DNA of 59,624 nt from Candidatus Dadabacteria bacterium (GCA_040289575.1 PSLL01000009.1:40892-100515); one strand, 5' to 3'. Positions 49,281-59,624 are shown, counted from the stretch's first letter. Notes: generated by a model not told the origin, from the letters alone. Made by a program: numbers and translations.

Positions 49281-50176
49281 ATCCTCTCCCCTATGATTCT
49301 AACCTCCGTCTCTAGGAATACAGCCCTTTTTAAAAAAGCCTCTTCTTTTGCTATCTCTATGAGTCTTAACACATCCTCAGCGCTTGCCCCTCCCGAATTT
49401 ACGATAAAGTTCGCATGAATCTCTGAGAACCTGGCTTTTCCTATTTGAAACCCCTTAAATCCCAGTTCATCGAGAAGCTTCCCTGCAGGAATCCCAGGAG
49501 GGTTTTTAAATACAGACCCGCAATTCGATGTCTTTACAGGCTGTGTTTTACTTCTCTTATTAATGTAATCCTTAACCATCTTTTCACTCTCTTTTCTGTT
49601 CCCAGCCCTAAGACCAAACACGGCTCTTGTAACAACACTCCCTTGTGGAAGATGGCTCTTTCTATACTCAAACTCGATCTCATCTTTTGATAAGACTATT
49701 TCCCTACCATCTAGCCATATCCATACGTCCTCTATGACGTCCCTTATCTCACCGCCGTTTGCACCCGCATTCATAACTATTCCTCCGCCTACGGTTCCTG
49801 GAATTCCGGCTGCAAACTCAAATCCAGAAAGCCCTGCACGGAGACTCAAATTTAAAATCGAACCCATTACGGCACCGGCTTCAGCTATTACCCTTCCACC
49901 CTCCAGAACCTCAATGCCGCGCATCCTCTCCATGCTTACTACTGCCCCCTTTATCCCTCCGTCACACACAATGGTGTTTGATCCCCCTCCAAGGGGAATC
50001 CAATGAAGATCGAGAGAGGAAAGTAGATTAAGCACCTTGATGAGCTCCAAATAGTTCTTCGGATAGACAATTAGGTTTGTTATACCTCCTACACGCATTG
50101 ATGTGTAGCGATTCATGGGAAAATCGCGTCTATACTCACATCCAATTCCCTCGAGTCTCTCTATAACCCTATTCAC
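49277..50176 (-). CDS. murB: UDP-N-acetylenolpyruvoylglucosamine reductase
   Basis: GGGSN, GIPGTVGG..MNAGA, FEYRKS, GSVFKNP, HANF, LETE. GTG start overlaps the murC stop. Confidence 0.95.
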   Translation of the reverse strand: MNRVIERLEGIGCEYRRDFPMNRYTSMRVGGITNLIVYPKNYLELIKVLNLLSSLDLHWIPLGGGSNTIVCDGGIKGAVVSMERMRGIEVLEGGRVIAEAGAVMGSILNLSLRAGLSGFEFAAGIPGTVGGGIVMNAGANGGEIRDVIEDVWIWLDGREIVLSKDEIEFEYRKSHLPQGSVVTRAVFGLRAGNRKESEKMVKDYINKRSKTQPVKTSNCGSVFKNPPGIPAGKLLDELGFKGFQIGKARFSEIHANFIVNSGGASAEDVLRLIEIAKEEAFLKRAVFLETEVRIIGERM

Positions 50177-51540
50177 GAAATCTCCTTCACTATACCCTCG
50201 CCTATCCTCCATACGTCTCCGGCCCCGAGCGTAAGAACCAAATCCCCGGGCCTTAGTATTTTTAAAACTCCATGAGTCGCCTCATCCTGATCCTTTACAT
50301 AAAATACATTTCCATGTCCCCTGGTTCTTAGAAACTCTACGAGCCTCTCTGAATTCACTCCATCAATAGGCGTCTCACCGGCTGGATATATATCAAGAAT
50401 AAAGAGCACATCGGGCTCATCCAGAACCGAGACAAAATCACCGAACAGAATATGGGTTCTCGTATATCTATGCGGCTGAAAAATCACTATGAGTCTCCTT
50501 GAAAAAGACTCCCTCAGCGCCCTTAGTGTCGCCCGAATCTCTTGAGGATGATGGCCATAATCATCCATAACAAGAACGCCTTGAGCCTCACCCTTTACCT
50601 GAAGCCTTCTATCAATACCCCTGAATTCATAAAGTCCGTCTCTTATATGCTCAAAGCTCATTCCGAGTTCCATTCCAATCCCAAAAGAGGCAAGTGCATT
50701 TTGCGCATTATGCCTTCCAGGAACATTGATGGTTACGTTCCCCAAAGGAATATGATTAAACAGAACCTTAAAACTGGTCTGGAGACCAGAAACCTGCACG
50801 TCCTCTGCCCTAATCTCAGCCTCATGACAAAAGCCATAGGTGATAAACCTCTTCTTGAAGTTTCGGGCAATTGATTTTGTGCGCGGACAATCAAAGCACA
50901 AAACGGCAAGCCCGTAGAATGGAATCTTATTTAAAAACTCTAAAAACGCCCTCTCCAGATTCATCATGTTTTCATAATGATCAAGATGCTCTCTATCAAT
51001 GTTTGTCACCACGGCTATCACCGGAGACAGTATGAGAAAAGAGCCATCGCTTTCATCAGCTTCGGCAACCATAAAACTTCCCTTTCCAAGATGCGCGTTT
51101 GTACCGAGGGTTTTTACTTTACCGCCTACAACTATAGTCGGATCAAACCCCCCAAACTCCAGCACAGTTGAGATCATAGAGGTCGTGGTTGTCTTTCCGT
51201 GGCTTCCCGCAATGGCTATTCCGTACTTAAGCCTCATGAGTTCCGCAAGCATCTCGGCTCTAGGGACTACTGGAATCCTCCGGGATTTTGCTGCAATCAC
51301 CTCGGGGTTGTTTCCCTTTACGGCAGAAGATATTACTACTACATCGGCATCACCAATATTTTCTGCACCATGGTTTATAAATATCTTCGCCCCAAGGTGC
51401 TCAAGCCTCTCTATTATCTCGGTCCTCTTTAGATCAGAACCTGTAACGCCGTATCCCATATTGATGAGCACCTCGGCTATACCGCTCATCCCTATTCCGC
51501 CGATTCCCACAAAATGAATTCTCTTAATTCGTCCGTACAT
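50173..51540 (-). CDS. murC: UDP-N-acetylmuramate-L-alanine ligase
   Basis: GIGGIGMSG, GSHGKTTT, EADESD, DDYGHHP, FQPHRYTRT. Confidence 0.97.
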   Translation of the reverse strand: MYGRIKRIHFVGIGGIGMSGIAEVLINMGYGVTGSDLKRTEIIERLEHLGAKIFINHGAENIGDADVVVISSAVKGNNPEVIAAKSRRIPVVPRAEMLAELMRLKYGIAIAGSHGKTTTTSMISTVLEFGGFDPTIVVGGKVKTLGTNAHLGKGSFMVAEADESDGSFLILSPVIAVVTNIDREHLDHYENMMNLERAFLEFLNKIPFYGLAVLCFDCPRTKSIARNFKKRFITYGFCHEAEIRAEDVQVSGLQTSFKVLFNHIPLGNVTINVPGRHNAQNALASFGIGMELGMSFEHIRDGLYEFRGIDRRLQVKGEAQGVLVMDDYGHHPQEIRATLRALRESFSRRLIVIFQPHRYTRTHILFGDFVSVLDEPDVLFILDIYPAGETPIDGVNSERLVEFLRTRGHGNVFYVKDQDEATHGVLKILRPGDLVLTLGAGDVWRIGEGIVKEIS

Positions 51541-51552
51541 TAATTAACTCCA

Positions 51553-51610
51553 GATGCACGATTCATGATAGTGTTTTTGCCTGCGCCTTGCATCCTACAT
51601 CCTGTATTCC
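51553..51610. repeat. Heptamer-repeat element overlapping the murG 3' end
   Basis: Shares GAATACAGGATGTA (14/14, reverse strand) and GATGCACGATnCATGAT (16/17) with the 35355 element. Confidence 0.6.
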
Positions 51611-52663
51611 TACAAGCTTATATATCTCATCAACAATCCTCTTTGCCGCATCAGGTCTGCCGAGCCTCCTTGCCCTTTCACCCATTTCTTTGAGTTTTTC
51701 TCTTCTTAACAAATCGCTTAAAACCTCAGCGAATCTCTCAGGAACGGCATCTTTGTCCTCAATAACAACCGCGGCTCCTGCTCTCTCAAGCGACTTTGCA
51801 TTTTCAAACTGGTGATTATATGCAGAAAATGGATAAGGAACAAGAATCGAAGGCATGCCCAATGCCGTAATCTCTGCTATGGTTCCTGCTCCTGCTCTTC
51901 CTATCACAAGGTCTGAATGCCTATACACACTACCAATGTCTTCTATAAATGAGAAGACCTCTGCTCTAATCCCATACCACTCATAAGCCTTCCTTACATC
52001 ATTGAGGTCATCATATCCAGTCTGATGAATTAGAGAAATATCTTTTCTGCCGAGGATTCCAAAGGCCCTTGGAACCGAGATATTAAGCCTGTGTGATCCC
52101 TGGCTTCCACCAAAGACAAGAATGGTGAAAACATTTTGTCTCCGGCTCGAGTCCTTCTCCATTAGAATATATCTCCTTACAGGATTTCCCACAAGGATTG
52201 TTTTTTTTCTTGGGAAAAATACAATGCTCTCTTCGAATGAAGCAAAAACCCTTTTTACAAATTTTCCAAGGATTCGATTCGTAATACCGGGGATTGAATT
52301 CTGTTCACATACAGCAGTTGGAATCATGAAAAGCCAAGAGGCAAAAACCATGGGACCCGAAGCGTAGCCGCCGACGCCGAGAATCAAATCTGGTTTAAAC
52401 TCCCTTATAATCCTTAGAGAATCAAAAAAGCCCTTTATGGCAAAGGCGATCCCTTTGAGGCTTCCTATAAATCCCTTTCCGACCACCCCTCCTGAGCTTA
52501 TATATTCGATCGCATGGTTTTTTATCACCCTTGATTCCATTCCCCTTTTTGTGCCCACAAAAAGCACCTTGTTTTCCGAATCCCTCATCAGAATCTCCTC
52601 TGCAATTGAGATTGCCGGAAATATATGTCCTCCGGTTCCTCCACCAGCAATTATAATTCTCAT
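51563..52663 (-). CDS. murG: Lipid II GlcNAc transferase
   Basis: GGGTGGHIFP, GGYASGP, EQN, GNPVR, GGSQGS, RAGAGT, HQ..NA. Confidence 0.96.
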   Translation of the reverse strand: MRIIIAGGGTGGHIFPAISIAEEILMRDSENKVLFVGTKRGMESRVIKNHAIEYISSGGVVGKGFIGSLKGIAFAIKGFFDSLRIIREFKPDLILGVGGYASGPMVFASWLFMIPTAVCEQNSIPGITNRILGKFVKRVFASFEESIVFFPRKKTILVGNPVRRYILMEKDSSRRQNVFTILVFGGSQGSHRLNISVPRAFGILGRKDISLIHQTGYDDLNDVRKAYEWYGIRAEVFSFIEDIGSVYRHSDLVIGRAGAGTIAEITALGMPSILVPYPFSAYNHQFENAKSLERAGAAVVIEDKDAVPERFAEVLSDLLRREKLKEMGERARRLGRPDAAKRIVDEIYKLVGIQDVGCKAQAKTLS

Positions 52664-52760
52664 CGGAGTTACAACTCGTCGAGATTAATAGAGACTCAAG
52701 GAGATTGATTGATTTTTACAACCTCCCCGCTCACGGTATTTAAATTCCCAATCCCTTTTT

Positions 52761-53942
52761 TCATTTCGTACTCGCCCTTGAAACACTGAGCACTATGCCC
52801 ATAGCCGCAAGGCTGCTTATAAGAGACGTGCCGCCATAGCTGATAAAAGGAAGCGTCAGACCCTTTGTAGGGAATAAGCCTACGGCAACGGCCATATTAA
52901 TTCCCGCCTGGAGCGCAATGAGCATAATACAGCCAAAAACAAGATAACAACCAAAGAGGTCTGGCGCCCTTAGAGCTATTCTAAGACCCCTTATCAATAG
53001 AAACCCAAATCCGGCAATTATCAGGACTACACCAATGAGACCCAACTCTTCTCCAATTATAGAGAATATAAAGTCCGTATGTGCCTCAGGAAGAAAAAGA
53101 AGCTTCTGAGAACTGTTTCCAAGGCCGGCCCCTGTAGCTCCGCCGAGACTAAAAGCCACAAAGGATTGGACGGCCTGATAGCCGGTCCCTAGCGGGTCTT
53201 TCCATGGATGTAAAAACGCCATTATCCGGTTCATCCTGTATCCGTGGCTCATCACAGCCCATATGATAAATAAAATTGAAAGAAATCCTGAGATGGCTAT
53301 GTATTTAGTGTTTACGCCTCCGATAAAAAGCATCCCTAAAAGCACGGCAAGGATTACTACAGACATTCCGAAATCCGGTTCAAGAAGAATGAGGAATATA
53401 TAAGCCCCACCTATTAAAACATGAGAGACAAACCCTATAAGGAACGTATCCATTTTATCTCTTTTCTTCATAAGCGAATACGCAAGGTAAAACACAAGAA
53501 GAAATTTTGCAACCTCGGCGGGCTGAAAGCTCCCGGCACCCAAGTTTATCCATCTCTTTGCTCCACCGATTTGCTTGCCGAGTCCCGGAATGAGCACTAG
53601 AACGAGCATAATGAGACCGATTACGTAAGCAGGATAGACAAGTTTCTTTAGAACATGATAGTCAAGTCTCATCAGGACAATCATAGATAAAAAACCTATA
53701 GAAAGGTATATGATGTGGCGTTTGAGGAAATAATCCGCATCCCCAAACTTTTCAAGGGCATAAACCGAGCTTGTGCTGTAGACCATAAGCGTCCCTATGG
53801 CGGGAAGAAGTATCACGGATACGATTATTCCCCAGTCATATCCCCGGTATCCGGCAGGGATTTTTGGAGAACCGTCTTTTTCAGATCGAGAGATTTTGAA
53901 CAATCTCTTTAAATCTCCTTCCTCTTTCTTCATAAGAGGCAA
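52761..53942 (-). CDS. ftsW: SEDS peptidoglycan polymerase FtsW
   Basis: GAKRWI, FQPAE, EPDFG, LPEAHTDFIF, GLTLPFISYGG. Confidence 0.95.
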   Translation of the reverse strand: MPLMKKEEGDLKRLFKISRSEKDGSPKIPAGYRGYDWGIIVSVILLPAIGTLMVYSTSSVYALEKFGDADYFLKRHIIYLSIGFLSMIVLMRLDYHVLKKLVYPAYVIGLIMLVLVLIPGLGKQIGGAKRWINLGAGSFQPAEVAKFLLVFYLAYSLMKKRDKMDTFLIGFVSHVLIGGAYIFLILLEPDFGMSVVILAVLLGMLFIGGVNTKYIAISGFLSILFIIWAVMSHGYRMNRIMAFLHPWKDPLGTGYQAVQSFVAFSLGGATGAGLGNSSQKLLFLPEAHTDFIFSIIGEELGLIGVVLIIAGFGFLLIRGLRIALRAPDLFGCYLVFGCIMLIALQAGINMAVAVGLFPTKGLTLPFISYGGTSLISSLAAMGIVLSVSRASTK

Positions 53943-55215
53943 ACATATCGAAGCTTGAGCAGGCAGGAGAGAAGAGAACTATATCGCCCTCTTCTAAGTC
54001 CATATATGCCTTTGAGATCGCTTCCTCAAGGGAGAGGGCTAAAACCGTCTCGACCTTTTTGCCAAGTTCCCTTTGCATCCTAAATCTCGACTCGCCAAAG
54101 AGAATGAGGAGCTTGACCTTTCTTCTGATTTCATCATTTAAAACCTCATAGCCTACGCCCTTGTCCTTTCCCCCAGCTATAAGGATTATAGGAGCCGAAA
54201 AGCTCTCTAAGGCTCTTAGTGTCGCTCCAGGGCTTGTTGATTTTGAATCGTTGTAGAACCTCGCTCCTTTAACCTCACGGACAAATTCAATCCTATGCGG
54301 GAGCGGGGGAAACTTAACTATCTCTTTCTCTATTTGCTTCGGCTCGCATCCAATGACTCTCGTCGAGACAATCGCGGCCATTGCATTTTCTATGTTGTGA
54401 TTTCCGATGAGGTTCATACATCTCAAATCATAGGATTCGTCTCTAAATCTCACATAAGTTCCATCAAAGAATATACCGCCCTCTATTGGGCTTTTTCCAA
54501 ATGGAATTTTCTTGGATTTGATCTCTGAAGAGCACTTTTTTATCACGGAATCATCGGCATTATACACAGCCCAATCATCCTGGGTCTGATTTAAGAATAG
54601 CTTCATCTTGGACTCTATGTATTCATCTAGGCTTTCGTGGTGATCCAGGTGGTTGGGGGAAACATTGAGAATGACTCCGATATGAGGCCGGAAGGTGGAT
54701 ATGCCCTGAAGCTGAAAACTGCTCAGTTCCAGCACAAGAAAGTCATATTCATCGTCTCTTTCGGCAATCTGAATAAGGGGAGTACCTATGTTCGCACCCA
54801 AGAAAACCCTTTTTCCAGAAGCCTCTAAAATTCGGGCGATGAGAGTTGAGGTCGTGGTTTTTCCATTTGAGCCTGTAATGCCGATTATCGGTCTTTTAAT
54901 GAATCTCCACGCAATCTCAACCTCACTTATTACTTCTATTCCCCTGCGTATGGATTCTTTGATGGGGAGGAGTCCAAAGGGGACGCCCGGACTCAAAACA
55001 ACCATATCCGGCCAGAGAAATGTCTCGATTTTGTGTTCTCCCGATTCTATTTCTACTCCCATGTGTTCAAATTCCCTCACCTCTTTTGGAAGCTTATCAA
55101 TTGGGGTAATGTCTGTCGCTCTTATATCCGCTCCCTTTTTGAGAAGAAACCTCACTACCTGAATCCCGGTTCTCCCCATCCCCACAACGAGTATTTTCTT
55201 TCCGCTGAACTCCAT
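53881..55215 (-). CDS. murD: UDP-MurNAc-L-Ala-D-glutamate ligase
   Basis: GMGRTG, SPG, TGSNGKTTT, ELSSFQL, NDSKST, SPACSSFD. Start moved to MEFSGKK. Confidence 0.96.
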   Translation of the reverse strand: MEFSGKKILVVGMGRTGIQVVRFLLKKGADIRATDITPIDKLPKEVREFEHMGVEIESGEHKIETFLWPDMVVLSPGVPFGLLPIKESIRRGIEVISEVEIAWRFIKRPIIGITGSNGKTTTSTLIARILEASGKRVFLGANIGTPLIQIAERDDEYDFLVLELSSFQLQGISTFRPHIGVILNVSPNHLDHHESLDEYIESKMKLFLNQTQDDWAVYNADDSVIKKCSSEIKSKKIPFGKSPIEGGIFFDGTYVRFRDESYDLRCMNLIGNHNIENAMAAIVSTRVIGCEPKQIEKEIVKFPPLPHRIEFVREVKGARFYNDSKSTSPGATLRALESFSAPIILIAGGKDKGVGYEVLNDEIRRKVKLLILFGESRFRMQRELGKKVETVLALSLEEAISKAYMDLEEGDIVLFSPACSSFDMFASYEERGRRFKEIVQNLSI

Positions 55216-55275
55216 TTGTATTCCTAACCTCATAGGGGTTTGATTAGTCAAATCCCTAATACAATTAATTATTTC

Positions 55276-56388
55276 CTATCTGAGCTTCAACGTCGAGAGC
55301 GCGGCAAGAGAAAGCACAAGGGAAATTATCCAAAACCTGGTCACCACCTTCGATTCAGGCCAGCCATTGAGTTCGAAGTGATGATGAAGCGGGGCCATAC
55401 GAAACACCCTTTTTCCGGTAAGCTTAAACGAGACCACCTGAATTATCACCGAAACCGCTTCGGCTACAAAAAGGCCACCTACGAGAACGAGAAGAACTTC
55501 CTGCTTGATCATCAGCGCAACAGAGCCTATGGCAGCTCCAAGGGCAAGAGAACCAACATCTCCCATAAACACCTGAGCGGGATGGGAATTGTACCAGAGA
55601 AATCCAAGACACGCACCTCCTACGGCGGCAAGAAAAACGGACAACTCTCCGCTTCCTGAAATATATGGAATCTGAAGATACCTTGAAAACTCCGCATTTC
55701 CTGAGAGATACGCAAATATTATGTATGTCGCAGCCGCAACGGCCATAGAACCGATGGCGAGCCCATCCAGCCCATCTGTGAGGTTCACTGCATTCGACGA
55801 GCCAACGACTACAAGAATTGCAAATAGCACATAGAGCCAACCCAGATCAAAAACGGCCTTTTTAAAAAACGGAAATATCACGGACGTAAAAGGATAACTC
55901 AGCACACGGTCTACCCTTAGAGACATTCTAAATGAGTCTATTTCATGCAAAAGAAATAGAATAAAAACCATACTCAGAATAACCTGAAGCGAAAATTTAA
56001 CTCTTGCGCGCATTCCCTTACGATGCGATAGCTTCGTCAAATCATCCGCAAGCCCAATAAGCCCATAGCCCAGGGTAAAAAGAAGAGCGATCCAGACGGG
56101 GCTACTCATTAAATTTGCCCAGAGGAGGGTTGAGATAAACATGGACGTAACAATAAATACCCCGCCCATTGTAGGGGTGCCAACCTTGGATTGATGCCCA
56201 ATAGGGCCATCCGCACGAATATTTTCTCTAAACTGCATCTTAATGAGAAGCTTTATAAAAGCCCCTCCCAAAATAATGGATATAAGAAAAGCCGTAACCC
56301 CTGCCCCAAATGAACGGAACGTTATATATTTAAAGACATTGAAAGGCGCAAAGTCGCTCTTGAGCAGGTAGAGAAAATAAAACATCAA
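55276..56388 (-). CDS. mraY: Phospho-MurNAc-pentapeptide transferase
   Basis: KVGTPTMGG, NAVNLTDGLDG, FMGDVG, APLHHHFE. Confidence 0.97.
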   Translation of the reverse strand: MMFYFLYLLKSDFAPFNVFKYITFRSFGAGVTAFLISIILGGAFIKLLIKMQFRENIRADGPIGHQSKVGTPTMGGVFIVTSMFISTLLWANLMSSPVWIALLFTLGYGLIGLADDLTKLSHRKGMRARVKFSLQVILSMVFILFLLHEIDSFRMSLRVDRVLSYPFTSVIFPFFKKAVFDLGWLYVLFAILVVVGSSNAVNLTDGLDGLAIGSMAVAAATYIIFAYLSGNAEFSRYLQIPYISGSGELSVFLAAVGGACLGFLWYNSHPAQVFMGDVGSLALGAAIGSVALMIKQEVLLVLVGGLFVAEAVSVIIQVVSFKLTGKRVFRMAPLHHHFELNGWPESKVVTRFWIISLVLSLAALSTLKLR

Positions 56389-56393
56389 GAAAT

Positions 56394-57788
56394 CTACTCC
56401 TTAAAAAGGCTCTGAATTACGTTTTCCATCCTCATCCCGCGAGAACCCTTTATTAACACCAAGTCTCCGGGCTTAGCAATCCCGATTAGAATCTCCGCCG
56501 CTTCGGCATGTGTCGCCGCGGATACGCCTTTAATCCTTCCATGGCCCGCCTCTAATATAAGAGAGGCATATCTTCCATAGGTTATAACAAAATCCACATT
56601 AGATTTGCATATGAATTCGCCTAAGCTTCTATGCTCATTTTCAGTTGCACTTCCAAGCTCAAGCATATCCCCAATCACGGCTATTGCCCTGCCGCCGCCC
56701 TTTAATCTTACAAGCTCTTCTATCCCCTTTCTCATTGAGTCGGGATTGGCATTATACGCATCATTTATAATCTTAAAACCAAAAGGCGTCTCCATAACCT
56801 CAAGTCTCATATAAGTCGGGGTAAACCGCTCAAGCCCTGCCTGAATCTCATCCACACCGCACCCAAATGAAAGGGCAATCCCGCCCGCGCACAGAGCATT
56901 CATAACGTTATGAAAACCTATTCCTCTTATCCTTATTGGAAATTCCTTTCCATCTACTACCATCTTAAATCTGATTGCGGAAAACTCTACAGACTCAATC
57001 TCCTTAGCAGAGATTTGGGCTCCATGAGAATTAATCCCAAACGTGACCTTCCAGCATCTTGCGCCTTCCGCAATTCTTTGAATCCAGGGATCGTCCATAT
57101 TTACAACAAACGTGTTATTCTCATTAAATCCTTCAATAAGCTCCCCCTTTGCCTTTGCTACACCTTCAAGACTCCCCAACTTTTCGAGATGTGCTCTTCC
57201 AATATTAGTGATTGCTCCAATATCAGGGAGCGCAATCTCGGCGAGTCTCTTTATCTCCCCAAAGTCATTCATTCCGAGCTCCACTACCGCCGCATTCTGA
57301 CCCTTCCTGAGTTTCAAAAGTGTAAGGGGAAGACCTATTAGGTTATTGAGATTCCCCGAATTCTTGAGCACTGAGAATCTGAGTGAGACAATGGCTGAGG
57401 CCATCTCTTTCGTTGTCGTCTTCCCATTGGAGCCGGTAATCGCAGCGAGCTTTAGATTCCGAAAACCCCTCCTCCATGCCGAGGCAATGTCTCCCAGGGC
57501 TTGAAGGGTTGACGAAACACGGATGAGGATTTTTCCGATTGGAACAGAAGAGACATCTTTTTCAACAACAGCCCCCTTTGCACCCTTCTGGAGCGCCTCT
57601 AAAACAAAATCATGCCCATCAAAATTATTCCCACAAAGAGCAAAAAATAGCTCACCCTCTCTTATTCTCCGCGAATCTGTAGAGACCCCGGAGAATTTTA
57701 CACATCTCGATTCAGGCAAAGAGGCGGGATTTTGCGCCTCTATAAGCCTTCCATTTATTGAATTTAAAATCCATTCCAGCTCAAGCAT
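56394..57788 (-). CDS. murF: UDP-MurNAc-tripeptide D-Ala-D-Ala ligase
   Basis: TDSR, TGSNGKTTTK, NDAYNANP, GDMLELG, KGSRG. Confidence 0.96.
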   Translation of the reverse strand: MLELEWILNSINGRLIEAQNPASLPESRCVKFSGVSTDSRRIREGELFFALCGNNFDGHDFVLEALQKGAKGAVVEKDVSSVPIGKILIRVSSTLQALGDIASAWRRGFRNLKLAAITGSNGKTTTKEMASAIVSLRFSVLKNSGNLNNLIGLPLTLLKLRKGQNAAVVELGMNDFGEIKRLAEIALPDIGAITNIGRAHLEKLGSLEGVAKAKGELIEGFNENNTFVVNMDDPWIQRIAEGARCWKVTFGINSHGAQISAKEIESVEFSAIRFKMVVDGKEFPIRIRGIGFHNVMNALCAGGIALSFGCGVDEIQAGLERFTPTYMRLEVMETPFGFKIINDAYNANPDSMRKGIEELVRLKGGGRAIAVIGDMLELGSATENEHRSLGEFICKSNVDFVITYGRYASLILEAGHGRIKGVSAATHAEAAEILIGIAKPGDLVLIKGSRGMRMENVIQSLFKE

Positions 57789-59271
57789 TCATTTTTTCTC
57801 TTATAATTTCTTCCGCCACTCCCTTATCATCAAATGGGATTTTTTCCGTTCCTAAAATCTGATAGTTCTCATGCCCCTTTCCCGCAAGAAGCACTGTGTC
57901 GCCTTTCTGTGCAATCTCAATTGCCTTCCTTATCGCATCACGTCTATCAGTAATTCTAAAATACAACTTTTCTTGTGAGCCGCTGCCAAGAACGCCTTTC
58001 TCTATTTGATCTATTATCCTTTCAGGATTCTCAGTGCGTGGATTGTCTGAGGTTACAATAAGAACATCCGACATCTCTCTTCCAATACTTCCCATAATAG
58101 GTCTTTTTATTGGGTCTCTATCGCCGCCACAGCCAAAAAGGAGTATTAGTCTTCTCCGTGTAAAAGGTCTTATAGCCGCAAGAACATTCCTTAGCGCATC
58201 AGGCGTATGCGCATAATCTATAAGAATTGTGATTCCAAATGGGTTCTCCACCCTATCGAGTCTCCCCGGCACCCCTGGGATTTTTGAGACCCCTCTTTCT
58301 ACAAACTCAATCCCGACGCCGAGAGAAAGCGCTGTGGATACTGCGGCAAGAATGTTGTATAGATTGTGCTTTCCAAAGAGTTTTGAACTTATCTCGACCC
58401 TTCCCCAAGGCGTATTCAAAATGGCATGTATTCCCTCAGACGTAATATCCGCCTTTTCGGTATAGACCCCCTCCGAGTTGAGAATGGAATATGGAATAAT
58501 CTGCCCGGCTGCCTCTTTCGCGATTTTCTTCCCGTAGGAGTCGTCAATGTTTATTATAGAGAATTTTTCCCTCTTTTCACTCTTCCTGAGAACCTCTGAG
58601 AATAATCTTTTCTTTGCCTCAAAATAATTCTCCATAGTCCCATGATAGTCAAGATGGTCTTGAGAGAGATTCGTAAACACAGCCGCATCAAAATGACATC
58701 CGAAAACCCTTTTCCTATCTAACGCATGTGAAGAAACCTCCATAACGACATACCAAACCGCAGAGTCACGCATATTTCTAAACAGATTCATCAAATCCAG
58801 CGATTCGGGAGTCGTTCTTACAGCCGGGATTCTCTTTCCGGAGAACCGGTAATCAACGGTTCCTATTACGCCTACATTCTTTCCCCACTCCTGCCAGATT
58901 GATTCAAGAAGATAAGTGACCGTCGTCTTTCCATTTGTTCCCGTAACACCGGCAAGCGTGAGTTCCTTTGTGGGATGGCCGAAGAAATTTGCCGATACCT
59001 CAGCAAGCGCCGATTTTGTGTCCTCTACCTGAATGATAGAAACATCTCTGAAATGGTTCTGGGGGATTTCTTCTACAAGAAGCGCACTTGCTCCACTCCT
59101 TATGGCTGACTCCACGTACTTATGCCCGTCTGTTTTCTCTCCTCTTATAGCAACAAAGAGGGATCCATCACGAACCTCCTTTGAGTCGTAACAGACCCCC
59201 GTAATCTCTATATCATCAGAGCCCAGGACGCGTTTAGTTCTTACCCCTTTTATTAAGTCCCTTAAAATCAT
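57781..59271 (-). CDS. murE: UDP-MurNAc-dipeptide meso-DAP ligase
   Basis: TGTNGKTT, MEVSSH, QDHLDYH, DYAHTPD, GCGGDRD, DNPR (meso-DAP type). Confidence 0.97.
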   Translation of the reverse strand: MILRDLIKGVRTKRVLGSDDIEITGVCYDSKEVRDGSLFVAIRGEKTDGHKYVESAIRSGASALLVEEIPQNHFRDVSIIQVEDTKSALAEVSANFFGHPTKELTLAGVTGTNGKTTVTYLLESIWQEWGKNVGVIGTVDYRFSGKRIPAVRTTPESLDLMNLFRNMRDSAVWYVVMEVSSHALDRKRVFGCHFDAAVFTNLSQDHLDYHGTMENYFEAKKRLFSEVLRKSEKREKFSIINIDDSYGKKIAKEAAGQIIPYSILNSEGVYTEKADITSEGIHAILNTPWGRVEISSKLFGKHNLYNILAAVSTALSLGVGIEFVERGVSKIPGVPGRLDRVENPFGITILIDYAHTPDALRNVLAAIRPFTRRRLILLFGCGGDRDPIKRPIMGSIGREMSDVLIVTSDNPRTENPERIIDQIEKGVLGSGSQEKLYFRITDRRDAIRKAIEIAQKGDTVLLAGKGHENYQILGTEKIPFDDKGVAEEIIREKMNA

Positions 59272-59289
59272 CTGATAATATTTATAAAA

Positions 59290-59624
59290 CTACATTGTTT
59301 GCTTCAGCTCTACAGAACAAACCGTGTCTTCTTTTATTATCTCTCCAGCCTGAGGTTTTTGATTGGCCACACTGCCACTTCCTTTTAGTTTTACTTCAAC
59401 TCCCTCTTTTTCCGCCCACCTGAGCACATCCCTTGCGCTCATGCCTAGAAGGTTGGGCATTACCCTTGATTCGGCAAACATCCTCTCCGGGGAAATACCA
59501 AGATAGAAAAGGACCTTCTCCATAATCCCTTTGAATATGGGCGCGGCTACAACCCCACCGTAAGGGCTTGTTTTAGGGCTTTCAACAACCACTACGAGTG
59601 TTATCTTCGGATCATCGGCTGGGG
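59290..59624 (-). CDS. ftsI: C-terminal part of PBP3/FtsI with PASTA domain (partial, cut by the window edge)
   Basis: Frame open to the edge: PADDPKITLVVVVESPKTSPYGGVVAAPIF, then MPNLLG...GSGSVANQKPQAG PASTA. Confidence 0.88.
   Translation of the reverse strand, partial: PADDPKITLVVVVESPKTSPYGGVVAAPIFKGIMEKVLFYLGISPERMFAESRVMPNLLGMSARDVLRWAEKEGVEVKLKGSGSVANQKPQAGEIIKEDTVCSVELKQTM

Noticed and set aside
1-59624. CRISPR arrays, tRNA/rRNA genes, transposases, integrases, prophage genes
   Set aside because: None recognised by eye. The many short antisense ORFs in the track overlap confident genes and are treated as shadows.

Overview
About 59.6 kb of bacterial chromosome, roughly 40-45% GC by eye. 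The gene set resembles Deltaproteobacteria-like lineages such as Dadabacteria, which is an inference only. Most of it is housekeeping: rimI, methylmalonyl-CoA mutase, polyprenyl synthase, sbcC, cvpA, fbp, gap-pgk-fbaB, argC, cysE-MTase-iscS, dnaE, ftsY-ribD-nadD-rsfS and a dcw cluster (ftsI-murEF-mraY-murD-ftsW-murGCB-ftsQAZ). The standout is the left 8 kb. An unannotated fluoride (crcB-type) riboswitch at 7920-7866 (-) heads a tightly packed minus-strand operon: a collapsed pyrophosphatase remnant, two paralogous helical 'R[GY]YG' proteins (one with an in-frame TGA), two HEAT-repeat proteins, two paralogous RHH-like/coiled-coil proteins, a double-zinc-site DUF6062-like protein, a metallophosphoesterase, a dynamin-like GTPase and a GC-rich MFS transporter with a chimeric junction. 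Other items the ORF track does not show: two sigma54 promoters (one with twin palindromic enhancer sites), GTAG-type REP palindromes (one translated as the IscS C-terminus), heptamer-repeat elements, a glycogen-debranching gene split at a U-UUU-UUA slippery site, a histidine kinase and a nitroreductase each split by a frameshift, and an S53 peptidase whose catalytic Asp is replaced by Gly. All calls come from reading motifs by eye; no searches were run.
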